NCBI GenBank assembly: GCA_031835245.2
Contig: JAVKOQ020000026.1
Coordinates: forward strand, 1-64,000
Length of the DNA stretch: 64,000 nt
Source: Balamuthia mandrillaris
Taxonomy: Eukaryota
Reading direction: 5' to 3'
Position 1 is the stretch's first letter. Each line of letters starts with the position of its first letter. The notes below the pieces were generated by a model that was not told the DNA's origin, did no database searches, and was given only the letters and a program-made list of their open reading frames with translations. Of the stretch, positions 23,334 through 35,631 are shown piece after piece. The translations under genes were made by a program, and so were the position numbers.

Positions 23334-23741
23334 TTACCAGGGGCAACGGAGGGGATCGATGTGAAGGACCTTGCTGACGCAGGGGCAGCAAGTGTGCCAG
23401 ACAGTGTTGCCAAGGCAGTCCTTGCAGGAGGTCTCCTCATGGCACTCGCGGGAGCAGCTCATGAGCTTGCTGGCGCACTTGGCAAGCAGGGCGGAGGGGC
23501 ATTGGTCGTCATCGGTAAGGCCTTGGAGGGCGTTGATGGGGGCCTCGAGGGAGGTCTCTCCGAGGAACCAGAGCTCGGCGACAAGGTCCGCCAGCTCGGA
23601 GCACTGCTCGGGGGTGAGCAAGGGGAAGGCCTGCAAGCAGGCAGCCTCGGCATTGTTGCGGGTCTCACGGGTGATGACAGCGGCCTGGCAAGAAGCAAAC
23701 AGGGCCAGGGTGGCGACGATAACAATGGTAAGCTTGTTCAT
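23334..23741 (-). CDS. Small secreted cysteine-rich protein (135 aa, intronless)
   Basis: Signal peptide MNKLTIVIVATLALFASCQA, Cys-rich C-terminal half, GC3-rich codons. Confidence 0.75.
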   Translation of the reverse strand: MNKLTIVIVATLALFASCQAAVITRETRNNAEAACLQAFPLLTPEQCSELADLVAELWFLGETSLEAPINALQGLTDDDQCPSALLAKCASKLMSCSRECHEETSCKDCLGNTVWHTCCPCVSKVLHIDPLRCPW

Positions 23742-24303
23742 TGTTGTTGTTGTGTGGTTGTGCTTGTTTGCTGTTTGTTGGAAGTAACAAAAATGTTAGA
23801 ATGTACCCAAATAAAAGGAGGCGATGAGTTGAGCTTTCGTGCCCGTCGTGCATGGCACGAAATTAGAACGTGGCGTTTGACCAATGTAATGCCGGGGCAG
23901 CCAACAACAGCGCGACACATCAGCCTGCTTCATTACGGTTTACAATAAAGGAGCAGATGCGCAATGAATCGGCAATCCAATATGAGAAAATTTGATCTGC
24001 ACGGCAACAAAACGGCCCAATGTAAACCTCAGCGGTACAAAAGTCCGTGCCCTGCCTTCTGTGTTCATGTTTCGGCGCAAAGGGTCCTTTCCAACGGGAT
24101 AAAGGAGCGAATTTCGCGTCACATTGTTGTACAACAGCGTACGAGGCAGTTGTTCTGTTACCATCCTCTTTAGTCTTTCATTTTAGCAAGTTTTTGCTTG
24201 TTAGTCAAAGTTTAAGCATGAACACGAATAAAAGAAAAAACAAGGCGAGGATGAAGAGAATAACCAGGCCATGCAGAATTTAAAATACAAAAAACAAAAG
24301 CAT

Positions 24304-24403
24304 CGGCCCTTCCCAGAGTCGAACTGGGACCTCCCCCTGTAAAGGATTGAGTTAAGCCGTTAAATCATTGCAGGGGCGTGATGCCAACTTACACCAAAGG
24401 GCC
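24304..24403 (-). tRNA. tRNA-shaped gene with ~26-nt intron-like insert; anticodon undetermined (copy 2)
   Basis: Outer arms identical to copy 1 except one A/G; divergent central insert; TTTT begins 4 nt downstream. Confidence 0.75.
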
Positions 24404-24747
24404 TGGAAAGAAAGCTATATAAAACAAAAACTTTCCACTCCACCCTTTCTTGCAATCCATCTGCCTTATCAACGCCAAACGTGTCTTGTTTCCTTGCCAT
24501 TGTGGTTCCTGGATGTTAACTATTAGGTTGCGTGCCGCAATGTATTTTCTATTATAATTAGCAATATTAGGTTGTGAAAGGAGCTTGTCCTTCCTATTAG
24601 GTTGAATGCGTTAATGTACCATCTATTAGATTTATCAGTAGGAACTAGATTGGTAACTATTGGTTGTATCACCTATTTTTATGACCTGATATGAGGTTGG
24701 GAAATGTTCTGAAACTACTATTAGGTTTAAAAGAAAGAAAAGAAAAG

Positions 24748-25033
24748 ATGAGCAGCAAAACGTCCACCCAGGCCAGGGAGGAGGAGAAAGAGGTCGTGGT
24801 GGCCCTGCGTACCAAGGAAGAGTCCATGACGCAGCTGGATTTCTTGTGGGAGGCGACCCACCTTTACGCCAGCACCAACCCTCAGCTAGCTCAATTCTAC
24901 GCGTATGTCTCTCCGCATCGATTCTCATCCTCACTTCATTCATTTCTCCTAAGCTTTTTTTTTTCTTTCTTTCTTTCAGATCCAAGCTGCACAAGTTAGC
25001 TTTTGAGAGTTCCATTGGTATCCACTGCTACTC

Positions 25034-25064
<31 letters not shown>

Positions 25065-26179
25065 CTGCTTGTGTACTGATTGATCGGCCGCTCAAGATCT
25101 TTCCAGCTCGGTGGCTTCTCGCTTCTGCTCTTTCTGCGGGGCGTTCTTCGTGGTGGGGGGCAACTGCCACGTCCGTCTTCGCCCTCTCCGCGAGTGCTCC
25201 GCCCGAACGCTCTCCTCCCTGCAGGCCCAAAAGCGCCGACAGCAGCAGCCACCCTCCTCGCTGGCCCAAAAACTTGCGAGCGAGAGCTCCTCTTCCTCGG
25301 CCTCCTCGGATGTTCAAAAGATGGTGGAAGAACTTCGCCTTCAAACGTTGTCCAAGACGGCCAAACGACGTATGAAGAGAAAGCAGCAGGCAGCGGCTGA
25401 TGCGGAGGGCGGCAGCACTAACAACAAACAACCGCACAGCAAAAACAAACAGAGCAGCTCATCTTGTGCCAATGTCCTGGTATGCTCTTTTATTTCCTGC
25501 TTTTTGGTTTCTTCTTTCTTCGTCATTCTTTCTTCGTCTTTCTTTCTTTCTTGTCCCTTCTTTCTTGTCGTTTCTTTCTTGTCGTTTCTTTCTTGTCGTT
25601 TCTTTCTTGTCGTTTCTTTCTTGCGTTTCTTTCTTGCGTTTCTTTCTTTCTTTCTTTCTTTCTTTTCTTTTCTTTCTTCTTTCTTCTGTCTTCTTTCTTT
25701 CTTATTCGTTCTTCCTTCCTTCTTCCTTGTTAACGTGAATAGCAAACATCCAATAGTGTTATCACTGCCTACTCTGCGACAAGTTGACCTGTTTCGAAGG
25801 CACTGCCAAGCATCATGTCCGCCTCAAACATAAAGAACAGCGAGAACTAGAAAAAGCGAGAGCGAAAGCACAAGAAAAAACAACACAAATGTTACCTCCG
25901 CCTTCGTTACTCCACATTACAGACGATACAAAAGTCACCGAAACGAACAGCAATAACAACAACAAGAAACGAAAATTGGAAGAAGAAAACGAAGAAAAGA
26001 AGAAGCAGAAAAAGAAGACAACGAAACAACAACAAAACAAGAAGAAAAGTTCGCAATTGAAAGGCCTGTTGCAAAATAGTGCGCTCCAACGGAAGAACAT
26101 GCAGCAACAACAAAGCACGAAACAAAAAGAAGAAAGAGGAGGTGGACTGTACGCTTTTCTCCAGTCGCTCAACAATTGA
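24748..26179 (+). CDS. Rpp21/Rpr2/Snm1-family zinc protein, probably RMP24 (C18orf21)-like RNase MRP subunit, multi-exon
   Basis: QLDFLWEA..LAQFY, RFCSFCG..GNCHVRL, second CxxC (HCLLC), basic tail ending LYAFLQSL. Confidence 0.65.
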
Positions 26180-26241
26180 ACAGTGCTTTACTTCTTTTTG
26201 GATGCTCTCACCTTCTCTCGTTCGTTTGATTTTGTTGCGTT

Positions 26242-29063
26242 TTATTGGTGAGGAAGAATGCTCCAAGGAACAACGATAGTTCCATCGTGTCCGATGCGAA
26301 GCTCATCCGAGACACGAACGGAGAGACCTTGCATCAAAGGCGCAAGTTCGCTGGAGTAACGCCGCAACGTGAAGCAACATTCGGTCATGTCTTCTGATGT
26401 GATGTTGTCCGCTTGCAGCAATTCTCTGACGCGAAGACTTCTTTTCACCAGTATTCTTTTGTTTTTTGTTGGTGAAAGTGAAAAGAAGAGAAAGCAAGAA
26501 TGAGGATAGAAAGAACAACATACCGCAACTGGGTTTCTCTGGCACGAAGGTCATCTAGCACTTGTTGGGCGTGACTTGCCTTTCTGCCATTGCGCCGTGC
26601 CCATTCTACTATATCTTCTGCTTTACATGTGGTTGGTATCGAGAGCACTCCTACGCCATGGTCCATCACGAACCGATTCCAACCTCCTCCTTTTACCTGG
26701 AGGGGAGGCGCTTAAATATTAAAAAAGGAGTCGGTATAGCAGCAGAAAAAAGAATGGATAGCAGTTACCACAATCGAAATGTTTGAAGGCAGTTGGGTGT
26801 CGTTTGAGAAAAGTTGGGGACCAAGCGCCTCTCTAACACAATCATAAAGTTAGTAAACATAGAGGAAGAGGAAGAGCAAGAGCAAGAGCAAGAGCAAGAG
26901 CAAGAGCAAGAGCAAGAGCAAGAGCAAGAGCAAGAGCAAGAGCAAGAGCAAGAGCAAGAGCAAGAGCAAGAGCAAGAGCAAGAGCAAGAGCAAGAGCAAG
27001 AGCAAGAGCAAGGAGAACAAGGAGTGCAATACAGTTCAGCTTCTATCCGACGCAAAAAAAGAGCATAGCTGAAAGGATTGATGGTTGTGTAGTCGGCACA
27101 AAAATAGCGAAATCCAAGGCGCTCTGCCAACGAAGCTTCCTTCAACCGAGTAACTTTGAACTCTTCTCTCTGTCGTCTGACTCTATCGAGTTCGATGCTG
27201 AGAAGAACTTTGCTCCAACTCTGAATAAAGTTGTGGTCGTTTACCATCGAGTCGAGAAAGATTCTTCCGAACGCGTCTTCATAGAGTTTACCTTCCTCTT
27301 TTATGTTAAAAGAAGAAGTTTAGAGCAAAAGACGAGAGACAACAAAACGAACAGACAAGAAAGAGGTGAAAGACAAACCAGAGACTTTGGAGAAGCAAAT
27401 GTTGCAGTCAGTGAGATCAAGTGGCTGCTCGTTGAGTTGGATGTGGTCAAACACAATGACCAACTTCTTCATCAAGTCCAACTGTCGAGCTGGGTCGTTG
27501 AGTTCCTCTCTACCAAAAGTGACTTTGAGGCCTCGTTGCTGTGACATCAACACGTATCGATGAAGGGCTACCTCTCTTTCTATGCGTCGTACGTCTTCTT
27601 TCTTCTTTTTTGCTTCGGTCAAGTGGTGACTTATAAACTCAACCAAGTCTTGAATGTTCACTGGACCTTTTTTATAAAGTTAACATTTTAGCGAAGAGTG
27701 GAGAATGAGGAAAGAAGCAGGAAGTAAGAAATATGAGAAAGAATAAATGCAGCATGTGGAGCGAAGACAAACTGAAAACAAACAAACAAGAACTACATTC
27801 AACCAACCGTGTTGAACATCAGAATAATACTGCTGCTGATCATTCTGGTTGAAAGCAGCAGCAGCACCTGCCACAGCCTCGTCCTCCGAGAGGCCAGATT
27901 GCGTCTCCAAGCCTTTGACCCCCTGCCAAAAGCCATGAAAGGAGAACTCCCTCTTCTCGTCCGTCTTGAAGATGGAGCCCGTTCGCTCGAACAGCGGCAG
28001 CAGTTGGGAGAGAATGTGTCGCTCTCTGCTTTTGCGAGTGTTGTGAGGGGTGGCATGAATGATGGCTTCCACTTTGGGGAGTTCTGTGGAGGATGATGAA
28101 GGAGACGCAGCATCAGAGGGAGTTGAAGCAGAAGAAAGAAGATAGAATTCGAGAGAATAGGTTTTGTTGCTGGAGACGTGGACTTCGGGAGGACGTTTGA
28201 TGTCGTCGAGAAAGTTGTGGAGAGCTTGTAATGATTTGCTGTTGACGTCCTGTTGGGTCATGTTGTGAGAAGCAGAGAAGAGAACGAGAAGGACAACGAG
28301 AGCAATGGAAGAGAAGAGAAAAAAGAAAAGAGAAGAGAACGACGAAAATAAGAGAAGAGAACGACGAAGAGAAGAGAAGAGAAGAGAACGACGAAGAGAA
28401 GAGAAGAGAACGACGAAGAGAAGAGAACGACGAAGAGAAGAGAACGAGAAGAGAAGAGAACGATGAAGAGAACGATGAAGAGAAGAGAAGAGAAGAGAAC
28501 GACGAAGAGAAGAGAACGATGAAGAGAACGATGAAGAGAAGAGAAGAGAAACGACGAAAAGAAGAGAAGAGAACGACGAAGAGAAGAGAACGATGAAGAG
28601 AACGATGAAGAGAAGAGAAGCAGAGAATGAGGAGAAAGCTTAACCTGGTGTTGAGGATAGTCAGAAAAGAGGTCCGGTGAACCATCAGCAAGAAGCGATT
28701 GAGCAGCGCCTTGAGGGTCGGTCTCTTTGGCTCTCCTCCTTGCTGGGCGGCGGTGCTCGTTGCATACGTTCTGTTCATATCTTCGAAGCCACCAAACAGC
28801 CTTTGCGAGGGGCAAAAGCGAAGAAACGGAGAAGAGGGAGGAAGAGCATGACCCCATTTCAGACGGCGTGCTGCCGAGGGGCAAGATCTATGGAGCAGCG
28901 CTCTGGCGGGTGTTGGTTTCGCCCAAGAGAGAGCTGAGCCTGAGAGGCGGATCGACCTGGATCGTCGCACAGCGGTGGTGGAACAAAAGACAGAAAAAGA
29001 AGAGGAGGAGAGGGAGGAGGAGGAGGTCACCACAGAGAAGATATTTTTTTCGTTTCTTTTCAT
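26242..29063 (-). CDS. TCAIM: TCAIM-like mitochondrial protein (DUF4460/DUF4461), multi-exon, one apparent frameshift near 28676; start uncertain
   Basis: LNRFLLMVH(P)DLF..VNSKSLQAL N-terminal motif; C-terminal IGHDGTIVVPW. Confidence 0.7.
26874..27011 (+). repeat. (GAGCAA)n intronic microsatellite
   Basis: Perfect hexamer array seen directly. Confidence 0.95.
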
Positions 29064-29315
29064 CTTTTCTTTGTTTTCATTTTTTAATGTTGTGGCACAT
29101 TCCGATCATACTATGCATACTTTGAATATATTAAATGCTTGAGTGACTTCTAATTTTTTAAATTCCAATCATTCCTTGTCTTTGTTTTTCAATTGGTAGA
29201 TCATCTGACAGTCGACATAAAAACTTATAAAAAAAAGAAGGAGGGAGATCGTGCTGTTTTTTTCCTTCTTCATCTCTCTCTCTCTCTCTCTCTCTCTTCT
29301 TTTTTTTTGAAAGTG

Positions 29316-30160
29316 ATGTATCGGCAAAGAGAAGTGTTGGTTCCTTTGGTGCCGTTGGGCTCTGCCTTTCGGCTGGTTGGCAGTGGCATTGGTGTCCGCT
29401 CTCTTTGCCGGAGCTCACCGCTAGGATTTGTTTCACAACAGCAACAGCTTTGCGGCAATCAACGCTCTTATTCTTCTTCCCTTCTTCGCAGTGCTTCCTT
29501 CTCTTCCTCCAACATCGCTCTCTCCGAACCCACCACCCGAAGAAGAACACACTCCCGCTTCCCTGGTGCTTCCAGCCTTGGCTTCTTCCCTACCACTGCT
29601 CAACTCCATCTTTCTTCCCGCCTCTATTCCACCTCCGACCCTGAAAATTCTCCTCTTCCTCCTTCTTTTGCTTCTCCTGATGAGGTTCTCTCTCTCTCTC
29701 TCCTCTTTTCTTTTGTTGTTAATCGATCAACTCACATTTGAACTGCTGAAAAAAAATATAAAATAAAAAGGAAGCACTTGACCTCAACCCCGAATGGCTT
29801 CGTCCTGGCACTCCAGTTGGAGCAGAAGGAGGGTCTAAAGTGCCGACCGGCCTGGACTGGAACGCTTTGGCCCCGGAGGCCTCCACCTCCTTAAGCGGCG
29901 GCGGCGAGGGTGGCTTTTTGAACAGCTTGCCCAACTACGTGATGGACGGGCTGGAGTGGGTCCACCTCACCACGGGCTGTCCTTGGTGGGGCACCATCGT
30001 CGGTGCCACCTTTGCCATTCGTCTTGCCTTGTTGGCTCCGGTTTGTTGGGACTCCTCAAGACTCTTTTCTCGCACGTCTAACCTAATGGATATTCCATTT
30101 ATGATCGTAGACGTTGTTCACTTTGCGCAAGGCCACTGCCCTTGGAGTGTTGCAACCTGG

Positions 30161-30209
<49 letters not shown>

Positions 30210-31166
30210 TCTCCTCTCTCTTGCTCTGTTTCTTCAGATTCTCCACCTTCATTCTCTTCATCTCCTTCTACCTCGTCCTCTTCTTCATCTTCTATATCAA
30301 CTTCATCTTCTTGAAGCATTATCTCTCCTTGATCACTGTGGTTATTAACTACTGCTTAAAACGACAAAACAAAAAACATAGAGCTCAACAAAGTCAACAT
30401 GGCAATGGCCCAAGAAAGAAGGAAGCCAAATCCCAACATGGCCCTCATCAGAGCTCATCAAGAAGAGTTGAGGAGCATGATGAAAAAGGCCAAGGTTAAC
30501 CCTTTTCATGTACTGGTGGGTCCCGCTTGTCAGTTGCCCGTGTTTCTGCTCTTCTTTGTGACTTTGCGGCGGATGAGCGAGGAAATGCCAAGCTTTGCTA
30601 ACGGTACGTCCCTTCTCTTGTCCTCTTGTTCTTCCTCATTTTCTTTTCTTTTCGTTTGCTATTTTGTTGCGCATTCCCTTTTCTTTCAAAAATAATGCAA
30701 CTCATGTTCGTTGGATAATTATAGGTGGTGTTTTGTGGTTCACCGACTTGACCACTCCCGATCCTTACCTCATTCTTCCCACTCTCATGAGTCTTGCCCT
30801 TTGGGCCACCATGGAAGTACGTCTTTTCTTTTATTTGTTTCAAAAAATGGTTCGCTAAACTTATGATACAAACAACAACAATAGTTGGGCCAAACACCAT
30901 CCACAGCATCCACCGGCAAGAACGTCCATTTCGTCAAGTACCTGGCCAGAGCCTTCTCCCTGTTCCTCCTTCCCTTCAGCTCCTTCTTCCCCGCCGCTCT
31001 CAACGTCTACTGGGCCACCAACAATCTGCTCTCCTTGACCCAGGCGCTCGCCCTGAAGCGCCCCTCCGTCAGGAAGAAGGTTGGATTGCCCCCGCTGCCA
31101 AACCAGGCCGCCGAGGAGCAACAACAACTCGCAAGGAAGCTTACCTCCACCAAACCCAAAAAGTAA
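29316..31166 (+). CDS. OXA1: Mitochondrial inner-membrane insertase OXA1/YidC family, multi-exon
   Basis: Presequence; LEWVHLTTGCPWWGTI..IRLAL; QLPVF..LRRM; GGVLWFTDLTTPDPYLILP; YWATNN. Confidence 0.9.
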
Positions 31167-31286
31167 TCTTTTTTTTTTCAAAACAGGAGTAACAGCCGAT
31201 AATTATTCTATTTTAAAATGTGGTTTTTATCTTCTTCTTTCTTCTTCTTTCTTCTTTCTGCTCTTATGTTTATGTCCCAAAAAGCT

Positions 31287-31825
31287 TCAAGGACACTTCC
31301 GCTCCACAAGAGCAGCACCGTGCTCCTCATACTCAGACTTGCTCATCCACATCTGCTGAAACGTGCCCAACGAGGCCAAAATGGAGCCACCGATCCAAAC
31401 GCCAAACTTTCTCTCCGCCGCGTTGTTCGCCGCCACTAACTTGAATCGCTGCGTCGCGCTCTCCGCCAGTTCCTTCTGCAGCCGGTCGAGAAAGCCTGGA
31501 AGTAGCGTGTTGCCGCCAGTGACGACGATGCCGCTGTATAGCTCACGGCGAGCATCCACGTCCGCGTTTTGGATGCAACGAAGAATCATTTGGTGAAGAG
31601 GAATAAGTTGCGAGTGAAGAGGTTCTTCTTCTTCGGCTTCTTCATCAATGGTGGCGTTGGGAATGGAGGAAGAGGAGGCGGAGGAGAAGAGAAGTTCTGG
31701 GACGGAGAAACGTTCAGTGCTGACGTTGATGACGTTTCCGTCGGGAAGTTCGTATGGTACTGTTGCTATGTTTGCATTCTCTCTGTTTTTTTAAAACGCG
31801 GTAAGAGAAAAAAAGGAGAGAAAGG

Positions 31826-31866
<41 letters not shown>

Positions 31867-31983
31867 GAGGAGGCGCCAAACTCTTCAATAAACGGATCTG
31901 CAGAGACTCTAGCCACTGATTCCTTAATGTCTTGTACGACATTCTTTTTTTTTTTGAATTGGTTTTACGTTTAGCGAGAGAGG

Positions 31984-32017
<34 letters not shown>

Positions 32018-33373
32018 AGCGGGGGAAGCAGAGAAGAGACAGGAGAGCGTGGGAGAGATATCAAATGATTTACCATAACCATATAATCGTGGTAGGAGCG
32101 AGTGATGTTGGGAAAATCCAGTTCTGTAACTTGCATGACGCCTTGCTTGGCTTCTTTCTTCCGTAACATGTAATGAGGTTTGATAGAAATTCTTTTTTGC
32201 TTGTACAGGTCCAGAAAGGCTCTCGTCAGTCGGTCTCCGGCCAACGTGCTTTTCACTATTCCCTTCACAAATAACATTGTTTGTTAGTGAAAGACAGAAC
32301 AATGATTAAAAAAACAAAGGTAAAGAATGAAACATGCACAAAGAGGAAGGGTGATAGATGAAAGAATGGATGAGCGAAGAAGAACCTTGCCAAGAGCATA
32401 GCCTTCATGAACGGCCACAGCGCTGGTAACGCCAGCTCCAGAGTCAAGGACCAAAGCGGAAGAACGACCAGAGGCGAACGTGGCGAGCACGGCGTTCTTG
32501 CTGGTGAACAGCGCCGGGCACTGGTACCTCTCGAACATGAGCTCGGTGGCCTTCTCTCTGAGGCTTCGCGTGTTGAAGGAGGCCTCCGCCAGGAGAATCG
32601 GGTGCTGCTTTGGATCCACCGACAGCCTTTTCTTCAGTCCGTAGTTGATCAACTCTTCCGCTATGTTCCAGTCGTAAACTTTTTTTTTGTTTGGATGAGT
32701 TAGACAAGAAGAAGCAAGAAGCAAGAAGCAAGAAGCAAGAAGCAAGAAGCAAGGAAGGAAGAAGAAGAAGAACAAGAAGCAAGAAGCAAGGAAGGAAGAA
32801 CAAGAAGAAGAACAAGAAGAAGAAGAAGAGCAGAGCAAGAGAAAAGAAAGAAGAAAGCAGAAAGAAGAAGAAAGAAGAGAGAAGAAAGAAAAGAAAGAAG
32901 AGAGGAGGGAAGAGAGAAGAGAGAAGAAGCAAGAAGAAGATCTACTGACTCAGGCCTTCACGCAAAGGGCTCTCCACTTCCATAAAATCTCTTTTGTAGG
33001 CCAAAGCGCTGCTGCCAATAAAGTAGTTGGGTTTGTTGGCAGCGGCAGCAGCAGAAGATGCTTTGGACGAGGAGGCATCGCCGCCGCTACCACCACCGTC
33101 CTCCATCATGGCAGTGGCGCTGGGCTCGCCGTGAGAAGAAGAAGAGGAGGGGGAGTGAAGCACCCCAACGGTGGAGGGAAAGACCGCTTTGGGAGAGTCC
33201 TCGCCGGCGTACCCCATTTTGCTTGTGCTGCTGCCAATGTCGATCACCAGTGCGGAGACCTCATCTACAAAAAAAAAAAGATATAAAGCAGTGGAGTGTT
33301 AGCCAACAAAAGAAGTTTTTGTTAGAAAAAAAGAAAAAAAAAAGGACGAACCTCCACCGACCATCGTCACCAT
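31287..33373 (-). CDS. ARP4: Actin-related protein 4 (ARP4/BAF53), multi-exon
   Basis: [69 protein letters not shown]. Confidence 0.92.
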
Positions 33374-33630
33374 CTTTTTGCTTCTTCCTCTCTTTCGATC
33401 AAATCTTTTTCTTTTCTTTCTTTTTTTTTTTGGTTATTCCGCTAAACCGTTCAACCTCGTAGAACTGTGGCTAATAGATTGAACCAAATGATAATCATGA
33501 CGTCATATTACCCAAAAAAGGATTTTACGTCGACGATATGTTAAAAAGGACAATGTCCGATCGGTCCTTACATTTTCAAACTAGAACTTTATCTAAGAAT
33601 CTCTCTCTCTCTCTCTCTCTCTCCTCTCTT

Positions 33631-33668
<38 letters not shown>

Positions 33669-33920
33669 AAAAGCTTACAATTCTTTTTCGCTTTCCGTTC
33701 GGGAAGAGAGCTGGTCAAATCGTTTCCGAATTTCCGTGGAATAGCCGCCTCCTTGCTGTGGATTGTTCCGGCTCCGGGGATGAACACGACCCCATAAATA
33801 GCGCCACCCTCGCAAGACGCGTTCTTTTTTTCTTCTTCTTCTTCTTCTTCTTCTTTCCAATAACACACGTTACATCGCTCACTATCTACCCCACCTCCCA
33901 CCTGAAGAAACCCAGTCAGC

Positions 33921-34564
33921 ATGGAAAAAGAAACACTCGCCATGAGATGTCCCAATGGTACCTCGTCGTTCCCATTCTCCCATTCTCTCCGCTCCTCTGT
34001 GCATGCTTCTCATGTTTTCCGTTGCTTTCTCTGGGCGCAAAGACTCTTGCAACTGCAAAGCAGGCTGCAACTGTGGAACCAAGTGCCAATGCGGCTCCAA
34101 ACCCATCGAAAAGATGAGGTGCACCAACAGTACGTGTCTATTCTTGTTTCTTTTTTGTTCTTTGCCGAACGAGGAAAGAGTAACACTGAAAAAAAACAAA
34201 GACAACTGCGAGCACAGGAGTATGTGTAAGTGCGAAGGAGGCCGCTGCAAGTGCGGGTCTGCCACTGAGAGAGCTCCCAGAGCCTGCGGCAATCGTTCGT
34301 GTTCTTTTTTTTTGTTGCTCTCCTCCTGTGTGTCGCTTTATCCTTCTCACCACTTTTCCTATCTCACTTGGTTGCTGTTGTGCGTATCGTATTCGTTTCA
34401 TCCATGCAGCCAATTGCACCTGTGGCACGAACTGCACGTGCGGCCCGACGTGCCAATGTGGCACCAAGCACGGGGAGAAGCAGGCGTCCTCCACCAAGAA
34501 GGGAGAACAAGCCAAAATCCCGGGCGAGAGCCAAGGCAAGACACAAGCGGAAAAGATAAAGTAA
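33921..34564 (+). CDS. Metallothionein-like protein with three Cys-rich repeats, 4 exons
   Basis: Predicted spliced product MRCPN-DSCNCKAGCNCGTKCQCG..MRCTN-NNCEHRSMCKCEGGRCKCG..RACGN-PNCTCGTNCTCGPTCQCG; no aromatic residues. Confidence 0.75.
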
Positions 34565-34679
34565 GCCAGTCTTACAATGAACTTGTGAATAATGCAGAAA
34601 TAAAAGATAAGGGAGACCCTTTTCTTTCTTTCATTGAAAACATGAAATGTTCAACGTAAAGAAAGTAAGAAACGCCAAG

Positions 34680-35631
34680 TTACTTATCTTCAATGTAATG
34701 GGTAGCGGAGGGCTCCATGCGTGGCTCGCTTAGTTGGCTGAGCAGATGGTGGTGCGGCCACACCATCAACGTTTGGATGATACGTCCATCCCAGAAGTCC
34801 AAAATGGCCACACAGTCACTCACTTTGACAAAACGCCCTTTTATCCGAATCGTAGGTAAGCAACAAAAACAAACGACAAAGATAAGTAAGAAGGAGATAC
34901 CAGTGGCAGGCACGCCTTGATAAGTTCCAGTGTTGGTCCCAAAGAACTGGTAACGGATGACGACTTTTGAACCTGTCAAGTCACTTGATGGTATAAGTTC
35001 CAGGGAGCAACAGAACAAAGTCGAACGACGGATGCATATGCAAAACAAACGAGAGAGAGAGAGAGAGAGAGAACCACTACCGTCGGTGATGAGGTCATCA
35101 ACAAAATAGGAATAGTCAGAAAAGCTCGTGCGTGTCATGTCATTGTACTGCTGTAGACCATTGAGTCCGAGCAAAGGCCTCTTGAGCATCGGCGAAGAGA
35201 AGACGTGCTTGTCACTGATAAACTCCTCCGCGCGACTAAAGTCGTTGCCTGCCCAGATCTCAAACACTAAACGCAGAGCCTTGTCCTTGAGCTCCTGCCC
35301 TGTGGCAGATACTCGAGTTTCTGAGATGGCAACGAGAGAGAAGAGAGAGAGAGAACAGATTAGAAAGAAAGAAAACAGAAGGAACAACAGAAACAAAACA
35401 AGTGCAACAAATACCAATGGGCCGACTGGAGGTTTCGCATTGGCCACCGATGGTGCACCTGTAGGGACCTTCGTCCTTGGGAGGGGCGGGAGGCTCGCTC
35501 TCCCTGCAGGCGCCCTGTTCGGTGCACTCGAAGCCTATCCTCCCTTCCACCACCTGCCGAGAAGTACCACAGAACCAAACCACCACCAAGAACGACAAGA
35601 ACAAGCCCAACCTCCCCGCAAACACCTTCAT
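34680..35631 (-). CDS. SnoaL-like/NTF2-fold ester cyclase protein with signal peptide, multi-exon
   Basis: Hydrophobic N-terminus; FEIWAGND..SFSDY..DDLITDG-KVVIRY..GTNTGTYQGVPATG..FWDGRI. Confidence 0.75.

Noticed and set aside
22705..24403. Ochre-suppressor (TTA) or Val (TAC) reading of the tRNA-like genes
   Set aside because: Needs a non-canonical intron plus C37 or a 3-nt variable loop, and host genes here use TAA as a normal stop.
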